In this document: in pieces, positions 50,101 through 61,418 of the stretch
Position numbering within the stretch: position 1 is the first letter of the stretch
Layout: each line of letters opens with the position of its first letter
Source: Saccostrea cucullata
Lineage: Eukaryota
Assembly (NCBI RefSeq): GCF_032062105.1
Contig: NW_026928348.1
Coordinates: 124,001 to 188,000 of the forward strand
DNA: 64,000 bases
Reading direction: 5' to 3'
Notes under the pieces: model-generated
The model's database searches: none
What the model was told of the DNA's origin: nothing
The model's input: only the letters and a program-made list of their open reading frames with translations
Made by a program: the position numbers and the translations under genes

Positions 50101-53100
50101 TTACTAGATATGCTCTAAAATAGAATTAAAATAGTAATAATATACGAAATCCCTTAGGAATATTTACATACTAATCGCTTGGAAGAAAAAAATTAATATT
50201 TAATCAAGTTTGTAATCCTCAAAACGTTTGAGGTTACTTAAATAACGTAATTTTTTTTTTTTTTTGGAAATTGAATTAGACGCAGGCGACGTCATTACTT
50301 TTTCCGTGAGTAACGTCAAAGTTGTTTTGGTGCGCCCTTACTAAAATGCTTGTAAAATACTGAAAAAATGAGATATTTTCATAATTTATGTATATTTGCA
50401 TTCAGAAAGAGTCCGGCTATCAAAATCTACAAAAAAGTCAATTTATGAAAATTTGACCTTAAGGGCCCTTTTCTCGTGACGGCAGTCATATCAATATTCA
50501 TATTTTTTCATTATGTCCATCAGGTTTTGTGAAGTCAATTAAAAAGAAATCAATGAGTACTGATTTTGGATACCTATACATGTATATAACTAATTGTGCA
50601 AAAAGCAAAACGTTTTTCATCTTGCATGAATATGAGAAGCAGATGATTGCATGTTTTGGTTAGCTTTTTTGTTTCCTTTCATTTCCTAACCAGGTTGTAT
50701 GTTTTGTAATGTAAATAATTTTTTTCATTGATAAAAAGATATTTAATAAGAAAGTTATACATTGTAAGATTCTTTATAAAATAAAATTTATTTTCCATAA
50801 TATTGTTTCCATATCTATTTTTTTAAATTGAAGACAAGATCACAGAAAAGGTCTCAGTAAAAAAAAAAATGTTGATTCAGTTGAATAGCTAAGAATAAAA
50901 AATTTGACAAGCACATCAACCATGTTTTTGACAGGGCATAAAAATGTTGTAAAAGTAGCTAAGGGGTACCATATTAGAAAGTTTGATGTTTGTTAAGCAA
51001 AGGTTGTAACAAATTTTGAGCTGGTTTTATGACCAAATAAGCAGAGGAAAAATAATCTGTCCTCTTTTATCTAAAAGGAGAAAAAAAATATGTTTTAACA
51101 TTACCTTCAAAGCTCTTTTCACAAGCTTTGCCAGTAAAGATGTTTTTCCTTGGCCTACTGCTCCAGACAAGCAAACCATCAAATTGTCACCATCCTCACA
51201 TTTCCAGAATTCAGGGTCCCCTGTGCATTTTTTAATTTAAATATCAAATCCTTTGAACTGAATTTTTTGTGAATAATATAAGGTTTTATCAATTCCACCG
51301 TGCCATAGCGTTACTATGATGCAATTATTCCGTAACGTATGATGAAACGATTCCTTATGGAGTTTTTACATGGAGATTTGACTAAAGTAAGTTAATGTCA
51401 TATGTGTATGCCTTAAACGCAAAATAGCCCTAATTGTGTTAGCCGTTGCATTATAGGAATGACACAGGCATCTGTTGACATAACGGACAATGTCCAGTGA
51501 TGCGCCGTTTTCTTAAACACTTTGCACTTTCATAATAAAGAGGCTTATAAGTTCAATTTATTCATAGAACTTTTTTCCCAACCAAGGTACAAGATCAGCT
51601 ACAAGTTTACCATAATGAAAATTTGTTGTTTTTCCATTTCACTCTAGAATTGTGATGAAAATATTTATTTAATCGCTTTTAACATGGGTTTTTAGAAGTA
51701 ACGTATGATGCAACGATTCCCATCGTCAGTAACGTGCGATGCAACTATTCTTTAATAATCGTATCATTAGACCAATATGTTGGATTTCTTTACTAGGACA
51801 CGTTTCAAAGTACGGTAATAAAATTACTCATTCCTTTCTTTTTATCACAGAATACCAAATGGTTTAGAAAAAAGCAAAACTTGACTGTAGAAGACAGTCA
51901 ACTTTGACTAACTTTTGTAATACATTGGCCAGCAAATCGTTTTGATAGTTGTCTTGATGAAGAATCGAAATATATCATCAACGGAGCTAGGTGACTGAGA
52001 GTGTTACTTATGCACAGATGGTGATGCAGTTCTCGAAAGTATTCTCTCATACTTCGGAGAATAATTGTTGAAAGCATGACCATGGGCTTCACTCAATGTC
52101 CAATCATTCTATAATAATGCACACTGGGGACTTTTTGCAGTGTTTCAGTTTGGGGTATCAGCATGTCTATTTTTGGATTTAAATGGGGTAGAAAATTTTC
52201 TTCTTTTCGGAGTTGGGTAAGAGGATGAAATGACTTCATTCTTGCTTTACTTTTTTCTTTTAGCCGTTCTATAGTCAAGTTTTATTTTCTAAACCATTTG
52301 GTATACTGTGATAAAAAGAAAGGAATGGGTAATTTTATTGTCCTATACTTTGAAACGCGTCCTAGTAATTAAAGAAATCCAACATATTGGTCTAATGATA
52401 CGATTATTAAAGAATAGTTGCATCGCACGTTACTGACGATGGGAATCGTTGCATCATACGTTACTTCTAAAAACCCATGTTAAAAGCGATTAAATAAATA
52501 TTTTCATCACAATTCTTGAGTGAAATGGAAAAACAACGAATTTTCATTATGGTAAACTTGTAGCTGATCTTGTACCTTCATTGGGAAAAAAGTTCTATGA
52601 ATAAATTGAACTTTTAAGCCTCTTTATTATGAAAGTGCAAAGTGTTTAAGAAAACGGCGCATCACTGGACATTGTCCGTTATGTCAGCAGATGCCTGTGT
52701 CATTCCTATAATTCAACGGCTAACACAATTAGGGCTATTTTGCGTTTAAGGCATACAAATATGACATTAACTTACCTTGGTCAAATCTCCATGTAAAAAC
52801 TCCATAAGGAATCGTTTCATCACACGTTACGGAATAATTGCATCATAGTAACGCTATGGCACGGTGAATTCTAAAAATCAACCAAAATATAAGCACACTG
52901 GTATAGAAGAACTGGAGCTGACAACCATCCAAATGTTTCGGACCATTGAGCTATCATCTGGAACCATATAATGGGAAAACGGGTCGGAGCATCCACCCAA
53001 AGCATCCTAGCAGTACAAATTTAAACTTTCCTGAGGATGTTCGCATATTAATACATGTATGATTAATCAATTTGAGATTCTTACAGATTTTGATACATGC

Positions 53101-56100
53101 ATACAATATTGTACCTATAAGTCCAATACAAAACTTTCATGAATCTTCACCCTACCCCTGGCCAAGGCCAATATTTGAGCAACCCTTCTAAGTGACCTAT
53201 AAATTTAGGGACCAGCTGGCTTCTAATTAAAAAAAAAATGGTTGCCATTGAAAATTTTAAGTCTCCGAGTAATTTTTCTTAGATTCCAATTTAATATCAG
53301 ATTAAAGTTGATACATGGAGACATGTCCATTGCTTATCTTTTAAATTCTTTTATGTCCTTTATTATTATTTCTTCACATAAAAAAACATGTTTAATTTAT
53401 CTCATTCTTTTACTTTAAAATAGAATCTATACTTACGAACAAATGCTGTTTGTTCCCCTACAATTAAAAATATACTTCTTAGTATGCCAATTAAAACAAT
53501 GTAAAAACAATGTCAAGATATTATTTAGTAATAAATAGACACGTTTTTTCTTTAGATGAAAAATTTTTAGTAAAAATGGACAAGTAAATAATAAGAAGAA
53601 AGCCTAAACCATCGCCTAAGTATTATTCAGCTGTTATTGTTATTAATAAATACCTTCTATTTTATTCAAAGTGAGTTCCTCGCCTTTAGCATATGCCAAC
53701 AATTTATCAATTAATACATCCTGTCCAATAACAAAATGGGATTTCCTCTCCATAAAATGAATTTGTTCTTGGTCCTCCAAAGCTATTGACAGAAGAACAA
53801 AGAAAATTGGTTATTTTTAAAAATATAATTATTCATAATTAAAATATTTCAACCATTTCTTTTTTATTGGATTGGAGTTATATTGTTTATTGATAAATTC
53901 ATAATTCATTTTCTTCTTTTTAGCCATAAAGAAAATGCATGATCTTTCCAATCTATACCTCTGTCATTTTCTGTTTTTGTTGTGTTTGAATCTGGATAAA
54001 ATTGTGAAATTCTTGATTTGAAAAAAATTAATGTTTTCTCTGCAAATTTGTCTAGATCTTCCAGTATCACCTGGATAAAATAAAACACCAATAACATAGT
54101 AATAAAAAAGTTGTTGATCAAATTATCATATTAAAATTGATCACTTTTATCATTTTAAAAAGTCTACACATACAGTAGTGTAGTTAATTCTTTTAATCTC
54201 AAACACAATATCACTGTGATTAAATACTTTAAGATATGTAAGGATTCAAGAAAATGAATTTAAAACACAAAGAGAAAGACTGGTTGGGATTTCTCATGCT
54301 CTTGGAAATTTTCATAGTATGTGTATTCCAGAATTCGACATTTGAGTTAAGTACATGTACATGATTCAACCATGCTTGTTCCAAGACTAAAAGATCATAA
54401 TTCAATGGGAGGTTGAAATGGTAAACTATATATAAACTGTGTAACATAGTTACAAAATATCAAAACAATTTAACAAAAGCTTACTCTCTTTCTTCCAGCT
54501 TTCTCTGACACTCCACTATATTTACAGTCATAATCAAAAACTTGATTTGGAAATTTGATTTTGAGCTGTTTTTTCAACTCCTGAAAAATAAAAGATGAGG
54601 AAAAAATAGTATCTAGCTGTTGTCTGTTTTAGTTCAATCTAGCTGTTGTCTGTTTTAGTTTAATTAGAGTAGTCTTTAAGGGACAGACACCCTTATTGTG
54701 TGTGTGTGTGTGTGTGAGGAGGGGGAGGGGGGGTCAAAGCATTCATCAAGTATCTGACTGCATGAATGCTTTACAATTACATGCATTGTTTACAAAAACA
54801 TAGTTTTAATAAATACTATTTTTATACCTTAAGTGGTGAGCTTAAAAATTATTGATCTGCTAGGAAAAGTCCCTCTCTTTTAACCATGTTACAAGGGGTC
54901 CGTGCTTCCTAGAGTGGGATGGAGGTTTTCAAGGTCCACTTTTGGTTACTTTACATACTAGAAATTCAATAACCCTGAGAGACATTCCACTCCATCCCTT
55001 CTAGATCTGAGCAATTTTTTTGACCAAGCACTTTTTACATTCAGTTTGCTTTAAAGGACTAGTACTTGCATTTCATTTTCGTAGTGTTCGGAGTTTATAC
55101 GGTAATTATTTTGTCACTTTTTTCTATATTTAAATAATTATTTTGGAAATCTTGATAGCTGTCACAATTTTTATTACACAAGTCTTTTATCAAACAAGAA
55201 CCAACCCATTTTTTCTGTTATTTTCTTACAAGTATATATACTTTAAAATTAGAGAGAAGACAAACCTTCAAGTGACATTTGTTCAAGATTTCCTTGTCAA
55301 CAAATCTTTTTCGAAAATCTTCTGGAATATCATTTATGACATCAGAATTACGGAAGAAAAACACTGCATTAGGATTACATGACCTAGCAATAAAAACAAT
55401 CAATTAAATTTAATAAACAGTCAAGATATGTAATTATAAGGGTGATCTCAAGTATGTATAGGAAATGTACAAAAAATCTTTTTAAAGCTCTTTCACTTCA
55501 AAGCTTCGATTTTTATTTTTGAAGAGGTGTAGCATTATCTAGATTGACAAAAAAAAAATCTGAATTAACTTAGCCAAATCTACCACTTAACACAAAGTAA
55601 CTTTATTTTGGGAGAATATAAAATACACAGATATGCTATACAACACTGAGTCACCAATTGATGGTGACTAAAGTTAAAATTATCATTTTTCACAAGCTAC
55701 ATTTTTCATACCTATACGCTCCATGCAGAATCTCCATGAAAGTGATTGAAGTGTTAGGTACCCACATATACAGATCTTTTAAATCGTTGCTAAGATCTTT
55801 CCCCTCTGGAATCCAGCCATACCTACAAGTGAATTACATATGCTGTAGGTCATGGACATTGGGATTTGATTAATACTGAATGTCCTCTGAAGATGAAATC
55901 CACATGATGCTAAGAATAATAACCTTTCACCCAATAAATTGATAAAGAATGGGCATCCATTAGTCTCTGCATGACACCAGTCTAGCTCCTCCAAACAACA
56001 CTGAATGGTTTCCTCCGAGTCAGTGTCCTTTGGTACCCCCCATCTGAGATCACACTCCACAAGACGAATGTTCCTCTCCTCACACCACTCCCTCAACTCA

Positions 56101-57175
56101 GGAAACACCTGTTCATTAAGTAAAATTAAATGAAAAATATATACACTTAGCAATATTTTTATCTTATATATTCATTCTTACCCCACATGTGTGTAGAAAA
56201 TTTAGAGTTTATTACACATGCATACCAAAAGTTAGATAGAATGTTCTATCGTTAAAATGATATTGTCCTACGGACCCGGTTTAATGATAGAATTCGTTCA
56301 GTGTATTCGTAATGTAGCAGAAAGAAACACGGGCGATAACTCGCATAGTGCATTTACTAGGAACAATCTAGAGAGTTCCGAATGTAGTAATTTGAATCGA
56401 GAGAAAAACGTTGAGAAAATTAATTGGATTTTCGTATATATATGGATTATTTTATGGGATAAAAGGCATAAGCAATCTCAAAAAGGTTTGTTTTGATTAT
56501 TTTGGTAGTTATTCCCAGTGCAAATAATTTTATATTCTTCAAAATCGTTTCGGAGCGGATCCGCTCCGATTTGCTACATTACAAGTATATGGGACGTATT
56601 CTAACTGTGGTGAGGGCCTGTACCGAGACACAGTTAGATTATTCTAACTAACCAAAAGTTAACCTATCTAAACAAACAAAAATTCTGGGCTATATACCAA
56701 AGAATGTTCCAATATAAACTGAGTACCTCTATTTATAGTAAAAATATCTTTTTATGCAATATCCTAAATTTAATTCTCAGCTTGATTTTCAGCTCTTAAA
56801 TTAAAAGGAATAATATTTAATCGAAATATTTGTACCTTCTTCACTAAAACTTCTCTTTCACAGAAGAAATCAGTAAATGTTGATGACACAAAAACTCTCA
56901 CGATCCTCCATGGACCCTCTGCACCTTCCTCTGAAGAATTCCTTGCGCGGACTTTTTCGTTGTTTTTGCATTGTTCCTCTACAAGTTTCCAGCAGGCATC
57001 AACTATTTCTTTGGCTTTAGCCTTTTCCTTAAAATAAACAATAAAAAATCGTCTGATTAGCAAGCCAATATTCAATATCTAATCAAAAGGAATTATACTA
57101 AATACTTCCAAGAACAAAACACTGGTCATTCACCCGTTTTTCCTGATTTTCTGCCGTCCGATATCGTCTATACAT
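41132..57175 (-). CDS. DUF4062-NACHT (TEP1/NWD-like STAND NTPase) with C-terminal Cys-rich PHF5-like domain; 18 exons, ~846 aa
   Basis: Hand-spliced GT-AG exons with consistent phases: 57175-57134, 57027-56836, 56108-55924, 55822-55712, 55383-55266, 54580-54485, 54070-53959, 53782-53654, 53457-53437, 51220-51105, 44400-44295, 44080-43962, 43748-43542, 43297-43085, 42702-42514, 42419-42271, 42159-42087, 41494-41132 (2541 nt). Motifs: RVFVSSTFTDF..ERE..VECDLRWG, Walker A GAVGQGKT, YHFVG, Walker B ILIVLDGMNE, SWLP, NPLWL, FIH. Confidence 0.88.
45406..46068 (+). CDS. Small multi-pass membrane protein with XK-like motifs, paralogue 4 (220 aa), nested antisense in a NACHT-gene intron
   Basis: LEVVDLGLDWDFY and WFEDLPQIVLAV; acceptor tatttcag ~24 nt before the ATG; lies in intron 51104-44401. 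Confidence 0.88.
   Translation: MDKSCRNSFIILYAVVRWLLEVVDLGLDWDFYIELQHTDQQSIIQAVKLQWAILGFAIFGTVMFFSTLIVFCIKIYKKRKQENLSKSYEDVKNAISVFSFICTWFEDLPQIVLAVIVAVKSTDLIAYIQLVKAWYALAEGSLIAIIIFIELRLCCANKPNHWKRVLLICELIGITLILLGSIFLQTELYQDNFKDIYQMENAVMNLTSNATTWSTLVTSV
46454..50488. mobile_element. ~4-kb non-autonomous TIR DNA transposon, TA-flanked
   Basis: ta|TGACTACCGTCATGAGAAAAGGGCCCTTA...TAAGGGCCCTTTTCTCGTGACGGCAGTCA|ta (2 mismatches). No transposase ORF seen; superfamily not assigned. Confidence 0.75.
49623..49729. mobile_element. 107-bp perfect hairpin MITE with 8-bp TSD (P- or hAT-like)
   Basis: gtgatatg|CACAGGCACTTGTATCTG...CAGATACAAGTGCCTGTG|gtgatatg; the arms meet at aacac-a-gtgtt. Confidence 0.85.
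51296..52866. mobile_element. Foldback element with ~590-bp TIRs, CAC termini and 5-bp TSD (Transib-like)
   Basis: aattc|CACCGTGCCATAGCG...CGCTATGGCACGGTG|aattc; near-identical inverted arms at ~51296-51890 and ~52270-52866. Confidence 0.85.
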
Positions 57176-58429
57176 GATGTCAGTCTTCCTTGTCAATTCT
57201 ATTAACGATCATTTTGAGGATGTTTGCTTTATTTTTGAGTTTGTTTACTTATTTTCCAAGACAGTCAATGTCAAAATTAAACTTTTCAAACCAACGCACA
57301 ATGACATTCTATCAAAGCGCAAATGAGATCATAACTTAAGAATCTTAATTTTAGACCCTTAGGATAGGTCTTCACAGTTCCGGATAAGATAATCTGGAAA
57401 TGATTTGTCTACATTTTTTACTAAAACAATGTTTGTTATCCAAAAAAATATATAATAAATTTATGCTGAAACCATTTAAAAAATTATAAGAATAAATTGA
57501 AAATATTATGAAAGCAGGTTAAAAGTGGGGGAAAATTGTAGAGGGGGGGGGGAGGCTAAACCAACAAAAAAATGTTAACCCCAATTTTCAATGCCTATAT
57601 ATTTTGTCTTTCTTTGCAGTGCACCCCCCCCGTTCTGGTATCTATGCATATAAGTAAAGTACAAAGATAATTAAAATTCACCTTTTAATAAACCCCTCCC
57701 ATCTAGAAAAAGCAAACTCATTTTAAACTGGTAAGGTATGATGCTGAAGAGTAAAGAAAAGTGCCTCCTTTATGAAATGTTTTAATTTAGATGTTGTAGA
57801 GAGGAGTATGTTTTAGTTTTTGTTTTGTTTCTTTTATTATTTTTTATTTATTTGGGGGGTGGGTGTGTCATCAAAGAAGTTTCTTGGTTGAATTTTGTTT
57901 TGTGACTGTGGTGGAAATTACCCCTTGTCTGCATGGAAAAACTCTTAGACTGGAAACAGCTAAACCTATTTGTTTCATCCTGATAACTTTTTCAGTGTGA
58001 CCACTTTGATTTAATGTTGTTAATAATATTAATAAGAGAAAATTGTACAGTTGCATGCATGAGTTTTTACTTTTGCCCAGTCATGACAAGGAGCACACTG
58101 CAAGTATTACCAGTCAACTATGACATTTCATCCCATCCCTGTTTTCAGAGATGATTTTTGTTTGCTCTGCTCAGTATTTAGCTGTTTTTTTCCACAAACT
58201 TTGAGCTTGAATATTATAATTATTTGACTTCATGTTTATGGGCTTACATAATTTAGCAGGAAGGGAGAAAATTTATGGCTGGAATGGAGACTGAACCTGG
58301 GACCCCTGAATTACTAGTCATGTGGTCTGGGCTATAATCCAGTCAAATATTCATGGCCAAATTACCCACATTGCCTTAATATACTTTCAACCCAGATTAT
58401 TTTATCTCCTGAAAGACCAATCCAGGGGT

Positions 58430-58630
58430 AGTTTATGACAAGAAATTCAAATATGTGTCGGATCAAAAAGTAAAATAGGAGGTGCACAATGGCAACATGT
58501 AATAAAGATTCTGTGAAAGTTTCATCAAATTTCATTCAGTGGTATGAGAGGAGTTGCGGATAAGAGATGGGTACCCCAAAGCGTAACAGACGGACGGACA
58601 GACGGACGGAAAAATATACCCCCACTTTTC
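58430..58630 (+). repeat. HINE/pearl-like repeat end
   Basis: aagtttcatcaaat..., (gacg)n microsatellite, and terminal hairpin ataccccc...ggggggtat. Confidence 0.6.
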
Positions 58631-58928
58631 AAGCGGGGGGTATAATAAGGGGAAAACTGGACCAAGAAACAAACCTGAGGCATCTTTATTACTAGTCAGG
58701 TTCTCTTATAAAATTTCAAACACTATTCAGGCCAATATCCATGGTTAATATAGCCAACAAAAAACTAAAATATACCTTTTTATATTTGTATTTAGTGAAT
58801 ACAATGCACAGTTTTAACATAAAAATAGTATAATGTCATTGACACTGTGTGATGATAATTAAGAGACTGAGAGAAAATCTTACTTTTTAGTTTTTTTTGT
58901 TAAGATTTTCATAACTGATTGCATACAT

Positions 58929-60272
58929 CTATAATTGATTTAAAATATTTTTAAATGTTTTGATATCACTGTCATTTGCATACTTCAACAAAATTCTCTT
59001 TGCCATAATAACATCCCCTTTACTTGGATCAAATGACTCCCATACTCGCTCGCATTCTTGCTGATTAAATTTTGAAGACTTCTCCGAAAATCCAAACCAC
59101 AAATCTTTGTAATCATTTTCACATCCATTACCATAGTAACACAAAAGTTTAAGTGCAAAACCTACAGAAGACCAAGATCTGTAGGCATGAGAAATTTCAT
59201 TGTCATACAGTTCTACTAGATTTTTAACATCCGTAAAATAGGGGGTCACAATTCTGCCAGTAAATTTTGGGGAAATTCTTGAATAATTCTTATTCTTGTC
59301 CACTTGATTTTGACTTGAACACAACTTGGATTTCAGGGAATTGTACATACTTAGTTCCTCTTCTCCAGATTCTTCAATGGACTGAATTTCTCTTTTGAGA
59401 TCTTCCCCAGCTGCATCTGATATTTGTGAACATTTCTTGTACCTAATAGAGAATCTGTCCACCCAATAAAAGACGTCACTTTCTGAATTCAAATTTAGTG
59501 TAAATGGCTGTAACCGTTCACCATACTTGAAAACATAATTTACAGCATAAGGATAAAGATCACAATGTTTCTGAGAACCAAGCATGAACCAAGGATTTTT
59601 ACCTATCTGGTCAATAACAATTTTAAACTCCTCCTCCTCTGAAGTCTCTTTTTTAACAGTTTCCGCAATGGGAATGTGAAATAGTTTATTGTGTAGATTT
59701 GTTGGAAAAACTAAGTCAGGGAAAATGGCATGAATTCCTTCCTTGTTTCCACTTTCCACAGTCAAATTCTTCTTTCTCTGCATAATATAAGCAACAAGCA
59801 ATCTATCAGTTTTTACAGAGAATGGATCAGGCAGATATTCCAAACTCTTCTCAACATAAAGATTCAATAAATGTTCAATATACTCTTCACTCAGCCCAGA
59901 TGAAGAAGAATCTTTTTTCTCAACGTCCACATCAACTCGCAAGGGAGAATATACTGTGGGTAATTCTAATAATGTCATATACTGACCATCAATGACCGCT
60001 CTAGAATATTCTCGCAAAAAAGTCTCATTATCTACTTTTGGCACATGAAATTTTCGGGGTGGATTCATGGATACATGTGTAATAGGGGTGTCCTCTGATT
60101 TTCTTTCTATCCCATATCTTTCAGATATAGCTTTCCTACGAGCAAATGTATTCATGATTACATTTTCATCTGTTTTCCATCTATCACTGAGAGAGAATTT
60201 TCCATTTGTACAACATCTTGTGAATGTATCTTTCCATACTTTGTTCACTCTTTGTGGATATTTTCCAAGCAT
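58929..60272 (-). CDS. AEP-superfamily primase with PriCT-2-like C-terminus, resembling the primase half of large-DNA-virus D5-type proteins (447 aa)
   Basis: Motif I PLRVDVD, motif II KEGIHAIFPDL, motif III IVIDQ followed by PWFMLGSQK. C-terminal YRSWSSVGFALK..LWFGFSEKSSKFNQQECERVWESF fits PriCT-2. Uninterrupted ORF with aaaATG context; no helicase domain. Confidence 0.8.
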   Translation of the reverse strand: MLGKYPQRVNKVWKDTFTRCCTNGKFSLSDRWKTDENVIMNTFARRKAISERYGIERKSEDTPITHVSMNPPRKFHVPKVDNETFLREYSRAVIDGQYMTLLELPTVYSPLRVDVDVEKKDSSSSGLSEEYIEHLLNLYVEKSLEYLPDPFSVKTDRLLVAYIMQRKKNLTVESGNKEGIHAIFPDLVFPTNLHNKLFHIPIAETVKKETSEEEEFKIVIDQIGKNPWFMLGSQKHCDLYPYAVNYVFKYGERLQPFTLNLNSESDVFYWVDRFSIRYKKCSQISDAAGEDLKREIQSIEESGEEELSMYNSLKSKLCSSQNQVDKNKNYSRISPKFTGRIVTPYFTDVKNLVELYDNEISHAYRSWSSVGFALKLLCYYGNGCENDYKDLWFGFSEKSSKFNQQECERVWESFDPSKGDVIMAKRILLKYANDSDIKTFKNILNQL

Positions 60273-60401
60273 TTTCAATGCAAATCTTCAAACCTAAAAC
60301 ACAAATACATGTATAAGTAATACATTGTATAAAGCATTAAAGAAAAACAATCCCTACAGTATATATAATATGTAAGACATTATGAAATAAAAGAAAACTT
60401 A

Positions 60402-60530
60402 CTAATTATGCTGGAAAAACTGTAGACCCATCCACCTGATGATAAGACAGGCCACAAATACAATCAAGGTACTCGGTAGTAATAAAAGATAGTACACCAA
60501 TCCCTGCTCCTCAAATACTGAGTCATCCAT
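60402..60530 (-). CDS. PIGY: PIG-Y-like micro-protein (GPI-GlcNAc transferase subunit Y / Eri1), 42 aa, possibly extended by an upstream exon
   Basis: MDDSVFEEQGLVYYLLLLPSTLIVFVACLIIRWMGLQFFQHN* resembles the recalled PIGY C-terminus (FYSLLLP...WMGIKLFRHN*). The exon is bounded by tttcag (60533) and gtaagt (60402). Too short for the ORF track. Confidence 0.75.
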   Translation of the reverse strand: MDDSVFEEQGLVYYLLLLPSTLIVFVACLIIRWMGLQFFQHN

Positions 60531-60641
60531 TACTGAAATTAAAATCAGTAAATACAAGCAAGTACAAATGTAGCAATCAATGGTCTAGACTAGGTTCAAA
60601 ACAGAGAAGTTTTATCCCTATATACTTACAGCTGCAGAACT

Positions 60642-61418
60642 TAGGGGTGGGACGATACACACATCTTGCGATACGATACGTATCTCGATATATTGGCACG
60701 ATACAATACGTATCTCGATATTATGACAAATTATAAAACTATTCAAAAGAATTAGTATTTTATTTCTTAGTTTTTTGTCTTGACATTAAATCAACAAATT
60801 ATTCTATATCAATTAAATCATGTTTGCTTTGAAATTGATACTTATTTTCATAAAAGTTCATCAATTTCATTGACTAAAACTTTACAAAAACAATAATACA
60901 TGTACATACTATTATTACCAAATTTCTATTAACAAGTTGTTTACAATTAGTTGTGTAGTTCATTAAAGAACACTGACTAAAAATTCATTTAAAAAACACC
61001 ACAATTACATTATGATTAATTGCTGAAAGTCTGTAGCCAAGTTGAGATTACAAAAAAAGTACGAGATGGACTAACAATTAATGATAATCAAATGTTCTAG
61101 CTGGAAACGATATTTTCTGTGTATAGCACGCATTACATACTGAACTTTTCTTGTCCAATCTTCCGAGGCTGCTTAAAAGTGAAAACGTTTTACCCGTAAC
61201 CAACGACTTATTATTTCTAAAGTGTGTTTTCAATATCAACATCATCTCTTCGCTCGTACAAGCCGCCATTTTCCAAGGACAGGTACTTTTATTTTCAATT
61301 TTTGCATAGGTCGTTCGTGTATCGTTTCGTACCGATATTTGAATGCTTGTATCGTAAACCGTATCTTGGAGGAAAATATCGGTATGTATCGGTGTATCGG
61401 TATATCGTCCCACCCCTA
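60642..61418. mobile_element. hAT-type MITE with 8-bp TSD
   Basis: gcagaact|TAGGGGTGGGACGATA...TATCGTCCCACCCCTA|gcagaact; subterminal cgata repeats. Confidence 0.88.

Noticed and set aside
51898-52278. Two abutting minus-strand ORFs in the foldback spacer as a transposase remnant
   Set aside because: No recognisable motif, and both have non-ATG starts.
58929-60278. Endogenous giant virus or Polinton insertion, or contamination
   Set aside because: No other viral genes or TIRs. The ORF follows a canonical spliceosomal acceptor and is flanked by host repeats.
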